A stretch of 63,906 bases of DNA, filler included, from a bacterium (GTDB taxonomy: Bacteria > JADJOY01), in NCBI GenBank assembly GCA_046331705.1. It is 4 parts of 4 records of this genome, joined end to end, with 100 filler letters (N's around TTAATTAATTAA, not from the genome) between each part and the next. Parts side by side here need not be neighbours in the genome. Positions count along the whole stretch, not along the records: positions 48,946 to 63,906 come from JAXLQJ010000099.1; 3 more parts are not named here. The stretch is one strand, 5' to 3'. The notes beneath the pieces were generated by a model. That model saw only the letters and a program-made list of their open reading frames with translations. It did no database searches and was not told where the DNA came from. The translations under genes and the position numbers were made by a program. Positions 58,320-63,906 of the stretch are shown here, piece after piece. How positions within the stretch are numbered: position 1 is the first letter of the stretch; every line of letters begins with the position of its first letter.

Positions 58320-60083
58320 TCACGGGCTGGGGTAGAGCGTCGCGAGACGCTCGGAATTGAAGCCCGTGTGCGATTCCAGTCCGGCGGGATCCTGAACCAC
58401 CATCTCCCAGACCTTCACGTTGTCGGATTTTCGGACCTCGGCGTATTGCGCCCAGCGCACGCCGAAGGGATACGTCGTCCACTGGCCGCTGTTGGCCACC
58501 AACACGGTGCCCACGGGCTGCACGTCGGCGTCGCCGCCGATCACGTTGAGCAGCGAGGGGGTGTAGTCGGGATCGAACCACGACCAGACCTCGCTCGCCT
58601 CGCCGTGCACGGCGTCGATGGCGTACTCGACGGCGCGGCTCTTCTTCTCCTCGGGCGGGCGCGTGTTGCCGTTGTCGTAGAGCGCCAGATGGCCGTCGGG
58701 AAGCACTTGCAGCTCGTGCGAGTGGTTCGGCAGCAGACCTGGGCCGACGAAGTCGAGGAACGGCCACCCGTCGTCGCCGCTGGTGGACGGCAGGTCGGCG
58801 CCGAGCACCCAGCGCAGCTGGCCGGTGGTGCGGTCGATCTTGATGATGATGTCCTGGTGGTTCACGGACACCACGAAGGTGTCGTCGCTGGCGTCGTACT
58901 CGATGGCGTTGGCGTGGCTCCAGTCCTTGGTGCCGGTGGTGTTGTAGACGTCGTCCCAGAACGGCGTGGCGAACGAGGGCCAGTCGGGCACCCGCAACGG
59001 ATCGAGGATGTCGAAGAGCGAGATCGTGCGGACCAGCTGGCCGGTGCGCGTCCATTCGACGATCACGTCGCCGACCACCGGGTAGGTGTTGCCGTCCGAA
59101 TAGGGGCCGTAGGTCCGCAGCTCGGATCCGAGGGAGACCATGTTGCCGCCCGGCAGCTCGTCGGCGAAGTGGTGGAAACCCGTCACGCCGAAGGTCGCGC
59201 CGGACCAGGCGTTGATGATGTTCCCCATCATGTCGACCTCGATCACCTTGCCCGCGGCGACGTAGGTGAAATGACCGTTCGACAGCCGGTGGACGTCGGC
59301 CACGCCCTGGTACGTGGGCCGGTAGTACCAGACCAGATTGCCGCCCGCGTCGACGCCGTAGATGGTCGAGGTGATGAAGACGCCGATCGGCCCGTTACCG
59401 CGGTTGTCGGCGAACATCGTGACGCCAGGCTGCATTTCCGCCGTGTTGCTCGTGAGCACCGTGATGGGCGGCGCCGGCATGTCCGCCGGCAGCGGACCCG
59501 CGGTGAAGGCCAGCGACGAGCTCGAGACCGTGCCGCTCGGGCGAGTCGCGCGCAGCGTGAACGTGTAACTGTCGCCGAGCTTGAGGCCGAGGATGATCGC
59601 CTTGTGCTTGAACCCCGGCGAGGTGGTGAGGATCCCGGAGGTGGGCACGGTCCACGAGCCGCTCGGGCCGTTCACTTCCACGGATGGCGTGGCCGAGAGC
59701 GAGGTGTCGAACGTGATCGTGGCGCTGAGGACGCTGTACGGGTTCGGCGTGAGCACCGGGTTCGTCAGCGCGAGCGTGCTCTCGACGCGGTGGTTGAGCG
59801 TCGCGGACAAGGCGCCGCTCTTGCGCACCTGGACGGGGTAGGTGCCGTTCGGCTTGCCGAGCGGGACGGTCGCCACGATCGCGGTGTCCGTCCACGACAC
59901 CGTAGCGATCTCGGCGCCGTCGTAGAGCACGGCGTCCGTGCCGGTCTTGGTGCCGAATCCCGTGCCGGCGATGGTGATGGAATCTCCTGGCGCGGCCGGG
60001 TTGGGCGCCACCGAGGTCGCGGTCAGGCAGCCAGCAAGCCAAACCAGCGCCGCCATCGAGAGAACGCCGTAACGCGGACGCAT
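58320..60083 (-). CDS. Aryl-sulfate sulfotransferase (ASST)-like lipoprotein with N-terminal IPT/TIG domain (paralog)
   Basis: GAGGAGG Shine-Dalgarno, lipobox LAGC, ITIAGTGFG...SWTDT, FHHF, DWSHAN, SVNHQ, HSHE and YDNG. Confidence 0.85.
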   Translation of the reverse strand: MRPRYGVLSMAALVWLAGCLTATSVAPNPAAPGDSITIAGTGFGTKTGTDAVLYDGAEIATVSWTDTAIVATVPLGKPNGTYPVQVRKSGALSATLNHRVESTLALTNPVLTPNPYSVLSATITFDTSLSATPSVEVNGPSGSWTVPTSGILTTSPGFKHKAIILGLKLGDSYTFTLRATRPSGTVSSSSLAFTAGPLPADMPAPPITVLTSNTAEMQPGVTMFADNRGNGPIGVFITSTIYGVDAGGNLVWYYRPTYQGVADVHRLSNGHFTYVAAGKVIEVDMMGNIINAWSGATFGVTGFHHFADELPGGNMVSLGSELRTYGPYSDGNTYPVVGDVIVEWTRTGQLVRTISLFDILDPLRVPDWPSFATPFWDDVYNTTGTKDWSHANAIEYDASDDTFVVSVNHQDIIIKIDRTTGQLRWVLGADLPSTSGDDGWPFLDFVGPGLLPNHSHELQVLPDGHLALYDNGNTRPPEEKKSRAVEYAIDAVHGEASEVWSWFDPDYTPSLLNVIGGDADVQPVGTVLVANSGQWTTYPFGVRWAQYAEVRKSDNVKVWEMVVQDPAGLESHTGFNSERLATLYPSP

Positions 60084-60283
60084 CACCGGAGAGCCTCCTC
60101 GCAAGAGCATTCGCCCAGCTTCACACGCCCGCTCCTCGCGCCGCAAGGAGAGCCCGTCTCTCGGGCGGGTCGCGGGCGTTCCAAATGCCGCGCGATCGTC
60201 TAGCTTGCAGCGGCGCGCGGCCGGCGTGCGGGTGATCCGCGCGGGTGCCGCGGCTGCGCGTCACGAATCCTCACGAGGTCACC

Positions 60284-61150
60284 ATGAGTCGCGTGCTGTG
60301 CGAGCTGCTCGAGCTCCTGAAGCTCGAGAAGATCGAGGAGAATCTGTTTCGCGGGCGCAGCCAGGACTTGGGCTTCGGCGCCGTCTTCGGCGGACAGGTG
60401 CTCGGCCAGGCGCTCTCCGCTGCGTCTCAAACCGTGCCGCCCGACCGCGGCGCCCACAGCCTGCACGCGTATTTCCTGCGCCCCGGCGACGCGACGAGCC
60501 CGATCGTCTACCAGGTCGATCCCATCCGCGACGGAGGCAGCTTCACCACCCGGCGCGTGGTCGCGATCCAGCACGGCAAGGCGATCTTCTCGATGGCGGC
60601 GTCGTTCCAGGCGCCCGAGGACGGCGCCGAGCACCAGGCGGGGGCGCCCACCGAGGTGCCCGGCCCCGAGGGGCTCGTCCCGGAGGTCGAGCTGGCCCGC
60701 ACGGTGGCCGAGCGAATCCCCGAGCCGCTTCGCACCAAGATCCTGTGCGACAAGCCGATCGAGATTCGCCCGGTCGATCCGGTCAATCCCTTCGATCCCA
60801 AGCCGCGCCCGCCGCGCAAGTACCAATGGATGCGCGCCGCCGGTCCGCTTCCCGACGATCCCTCGATCCACAAGTACCTGCTCGCGTACGCCTCCGACTT
60901 CGGCTTCGTCGGCACCAGCCTGCTTCCGCACGCGCTCACGTTCTCGGACCCGCGGATGCAGATCGCGAGCATCGACCATGCCATGTGGTTCCATCACGAC
61001 TTCCGCATGGACCAATGGCTGTTGCACGCGATGGACAGCCCGAGCGCCTCGCATGCGCGCGGCCTCAATCGCGGCTCGATCTTCACGGAGAGCGGCGTGC
61101 TGGTCGCGTCCGTCGCCCAGGAAGGCCTGATCCGCCGCCGCCCGGCGTGA
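60284..61150 (+). CDS. tesB: Acyl-CoA thioesterase II
   Basis: FRGRSQDLG, VFGGQVLGQAL, HSLHAYFLRPGD, YASD, ASIDHAMWFH and QEGLIR. Confidence 0.96.
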   Translation: MSRVLCELLELLKLEKIEENLFRGRSQDLGFGAVFGGQVLGQALSAASQTVPPDRGAHSLHAYFLRPGDATSPIVYQVDPIRDGGSFTTRRVVAIQHGKAIFSMAASFQAPEDGAEHQAGAPTEVPGPEGLVPEVELARTVAERIPEPLRTKILCDKPIEIRPVDPVNPFDPKPRPPRKYQWMRAAGPLPDDPSIHKYLLAYASDFGFVGTSLLPHALTFSDPRMQIASIDHAMWFHHDFRMDQWLLHAMDSPSASHARGLNRGSIFTESGVLVASVAQEGLIRRRPA

Positions 61151-61166
61151 AGGCCCGGTGCAGGGG

Positions 61167-62759
61167 ATGCGAGCTCGGCCGCGCCCTCGGATGCCGGCGC
61201 GAAACGCGGCGGCGGCGTCGCTCGCGACGCTGATCGCGCTGCTCGCGAGCGGCTGCGGGTCGAGCGACCGAGGCGCCGCGCCGGTCGCAACGCCGGTCCA
61301 GCTACGCGTGGATGGAAGCACTCCCATCGCCCACGTGAGCGAGCGATTTCTATCGTTCGCGGTGGATACCGCCGAGGCGCTGGGTGGCGTCTTCTGGGAT
61401 CCCGCGGGCAGCGGCGAAGAGGTGCCGGTACCGGTCTACGACTTCGGACGGCCGCGGCTCCGTCGTCTGGTGAGCGAGCTGTCGCCGGCGATGCTGCGCA
61501 TCGGCGGCACCGCCGCCGACTACGTCTTCTACGACCTCGGCGCCGTGCCCGTCGCGAGTCCGCCGCCGCCATACCGACTGGTTCTGACGCGGACGATCTG
61601 GGAGGGCATCGCGAGCTTCGCCCGCGATCTCGACCTCGAGATCCTCTTCACGCTGGACGCCGGCCCGGGTGCGCGTGACGCGCTGCTCGCGTGGAATCCG
61701 ACGAACGCGCGGGACTTCGTGAGTTACGTGGCGGCGCGCGGCGATCCGGTCACGGTCTGGGAGCTCGGCAACGAGATCAACGGTTACCCGATCGAGCACT
61801 TCATCCGCGTCGACGGTCGGCAATACGCCCGCGACGTCGCGGCCGCGCGCGCGCTGGTCGACGAGCTCCATCCGGCAGCCCAGCTCGCAGGGCCGTCCAG
61901 CGCTTATTGGCCGCCGATCGGCGAGGCGTTCCCCGTGATGCCGCAATTCCTCGCCGCGGGTGGCAGCCTCGTCGACGTCGTGACCTGGCATTTCTATCCG
62001 CAGCAGTCGAAGCGCTGCCCGATCGCGACGCGGCGTGCCAGTCCCACGCGGATGCTCGATCCCGACAACCTGGCCGCGGTGGATCGCTGGGCCGAGCGGG
62101 TCGAGGCCGAGGTGCGCGAGCACGCGCCGAACGCCCAGGTATGGCTCGGCGAGACGGGGAACGCGCAGTGCGGCGGCGAGCCCGGAGTCTCGGACCGCTT
62201 CGTCGGATCGCTGTGGTGGCTCGACGAGCTGGGCCGCATGGCACGCCGTGGCCAGCCGGTCGTCGTCCGTCAGACGCTCTCCGGGTCCGACTACGGCTTG
62301 ATCGACGACGCGACACTCGAGCCCAACCCCGACTACTGGGCGTCGCTCCTGTGGCGGCGGCTCATGGGCACGCGGGTGTTGAGCGTGGACGTGAGCGCGG
62401 GTGAGCCGAGCGAGGAGCTCGCGCCGCCCGCGGTGGTGGCCTACGCCGCATGCCAGCGCGACGTCGCTGGCGGCCTCGCGGTGCTCGCGATCAATCTCGA
62501 CACCGAGCGATCGGCGGCAGTGCTGATCGAGGGTGTCACCGGCGCGAGCGCCGAGATCGACGTGGCGACGGCGCCCGATCGGCTCGGCAAGACCGTGCTC
62601 GTGAACGGGCGCCCGCTCGCCGCCGACGCGAGCGGTGCCCCGCCGGCGATCGTGCCCGAGCGCGCTCGAGTGCGCCCCGGCCTGCCGCTCGTGACGCTTC
62701 CGCCCACGTCCTACGCGTTCGTCGCGCTACCCGACTCCGGCGCCCCGGGCTGCGGCTGA
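61167..62759 (+). CDS. GH79 heparanase-like glycoside hydrolase, lipoprotein
   Basis: Lipobox ASGC, LRIGGT, WELGNE (acid/base), VWLGET (nucleophile), WLDELG and PNPDYW. The start may be 61158, 61167 or 61191. Confidence 0.88.
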   Translation: MRARPRPRMPARNAAAASLATLIALLASGCGSSDRGAAPVATPVQLRVDGSTPIAHVSERFLSFAVDTAEALGGVFWDPAGSGEEVPVPVYDFGRPRLRRLVSELSPAMLRIGGTAADYVFYDLGAVPVASPPPPYRLVLTRTIWEGIASFARDLDLEILFTLDAGPGARDALLAWNPTNARDFVSYVAARGDPVTVWELGNEINGYPIEHFIRVDGRQYARDVAAARALVDELHPAAQLAGPSSAYWPPIGEAFPVMPQFLAAGGSLVDVVTWHFYPQQSKRCPIATRRASPTRMLDPDNLAAVDRWAERVEAEVREHAPNAQVWLGETGNAQCGGEPGVSDRFVGSLWWLDELGRMARRGQPVVVRQTLSGSDYGLIDDATLEPNPDYWASLLWRRLMGTRVLSVDVSAGEPSEELAPPAVVAYAACQRDVAGGLAVLAINLDTERSAAVLIEGVTGASAEIDVATAPDRLGKTVLVNGRPLAADASGAPPAIVPERARVRPGLPLVTLPPTSYAFVALPDSGAPGCG

Positions 62760-62925
62760 GGTCGGCCAGCGGCGATCGCCAAGCGCGGCGAGGGCTGGGC
62801 CAGCGTGCGGCTCGAGCGCCGGGCGCGATGCGTCACTCCCGCTCGCCCCGCGGGGTCCGGATCCTTCGACCGGAGCGTCGTACCCTGACCGAGGATCCCA
62901 GAAGCTCCGCGGCGGTTGCGGTCGA

Positions 62926-63804
62926 TCACTCGCGCCCGAGGCTCTCGCTCACCAGCGGCGCTCGTTCCAGCACGGCGCCGTGCGCGCGCAGGAACAGGGC
63001 CTCGGTGTCCGGATCGAGGACGTGGTAGGCGTCGAACGTGGCGGTCTCGCGGGACTGAACGAACGGCAGCGCCGGGGCAGGCTCGATGCCGGAGAACACG
63101 TCCACGTGATTGCCGCGGATCGCGCCGCCGCGGTCGGCGGCGAAGAAGTAGCCGTCGTGGACTCGCTCCTCGCCGTTCGGCAGGCGGATCGAGGCTCCTC
63201 GTGCAGCGGGCACGTACATCATCGAGCCCACGGGAATCACGCTCGGGTCCACGGCGATCGTTCGATACGGGACGAGAATCAAGCCGTCGACACCGTCGCC
63301 GTAGGGACCGCGCGCACGCCGGAAGCGGCTCTTCGCGATGGCGGGGTGGCGCGGATAGCGCGCTTGGCAGCTCACCTGCGCGCGCGCGCCGGACGACGCG
63401 TAGTTGAACGTCTCGCGTTCGCCGGACGTCGCGTCCACGACGTGGACGCTTCCTTCCATCGCGGCGTCGCACCAGTCCTCGAGCGAGAGTCGGGGCCCGA
63501 GCGGCGCGCCCGACACGTCCAGCAGCGGGACGCCGTCCTCGCCCACGGCGTGTACCGTGGGGACGAAGTAGGACGTGGCCCAGAGCTGCATCGCGCGAGG
63601 CGATCCGCTCAGATCGGGCGGTGGGACGTCGAAACGCCACGCGGCTTCCATCGCGTCCGTTGCCGAGGGTGCGCTGCGCGGCTGCGGCGTCGCGGGCACC
63701 GCCACTGGCGCCGGTGGCGTGGGCGGTGGAGTCGTGGCGCACGCGGTGGCGAGGCCGACGAGAAGGGCGATCGCGCGCCGACGACGTGCGTGCAGTCTGG
63801 GCAT
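62926..63804 (-). CDS. 3D-domain (MltA C-terminal-like) lipoprotein
   Basis: Lipobox-like ATAC, Pro-rich linker, and the three Asp motifs IAVDPSVIP, AADRGGAI and HVDVF. Confidence 0.82.
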   Translation of the reverse strand: MPRLHARRRRAIALLVGLATACATTPPPTPPAPVAVPATPQPRSAPSATDAMEAAWRFDVPPPDLSGSPRAMQLWATSYFVPTVHAVGEDGVPLLDVSGAPLGPRLSLEDWCDAAMEGSVHVVDATSGERETFNYASSGARAQVSCQARYPRHPAIAKSRFRRARGPYGDGVDGLILVPYRTIAVDPSVIPVGSMMYVPAARGASIRLPNGEERVHDGYFFAADRGGAIRGNHVDVFSGIEPAPALPFVQSRETATFDAYHVLDPDTEALFLRAHGAVLERAPLVSESLGRE

Positions 63805-63906
63805 GGAAGTGGGGGCGCCGCTCGGCGCGGGCTTTGGGTGCCCGCCGGGCCGTGCGCGACGGGAGCGGCGTGCATCCTCGTCATATCGCCGGGAAGCTCG
63901 GATTGG

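Noticed and set aside
1-63906. CRISPR arrays, tRNA, rRNA, prophage or defence genes
   Set aside because: I saw no regularly spaced short repeats, cloverleaf or rRNA signatures, or hallmark proteins. Small RNAs could be missed without Infernal or tRNAscan.

Overview
A very GC-rich bacterial sequence, most likely a metagenome bin. A Myxococcota/Binatota-like deltaproteobacterium is my inference from gene content only. It is four separate contigs joined by artificial 100-nt linkers (44 N + TTAATTAATTAA + 44 N) at 17735-17834, 33731-33830 and 48846-48945, so gene neighbourhood is only meaningful within each contig. Contig 1 (1-17734) holds two convergent envelope-glycosylation operons (GT4s, Wzx-like flippase, GT2s, several GT-C-like membrane proteins) around a membrane diguanylate cyclase. 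Contig 2 (17835-33730) holds a sulfatase/TPR/beta-propeller/sulfatase cluster, a hybrid REC-histidine kinase, a 69-aa protein with an SspB-like tail, a catalytically degenerate NadA paralog, nth, rsmA, an acyl-CoA synthetase, an AmmeMemoRadiSam radical SAM enzyme, a solute-binding protein and a hydrolase. Contig 3 (33831-48845) holds more glycosylation genes, including a ColD-like His-type dehydratase followed by GT2, a GT-C/HEAT fusion and an SGNH protein. Contig 4 (48946-63906) is the most interesting. It carries arfB, DUF1800-DUF1501-DUF1800, a ~1.14-kb direct duplication (one copy decayed) around a foreign gene fragment, two tandem IPT/TIG-arylsulfotransferase lipoproteins, tesB, a heparanase-like GH79 lipoprotein and a 3D-domain lipoprotein. 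This is a candidate undescribed extracytoplasmic sulfate-transfer or sulfated-glycan system. I recognised no rRNA, tRNA, CRISPR array or transposase. All family calls are motif recognition by eye, without database searches.
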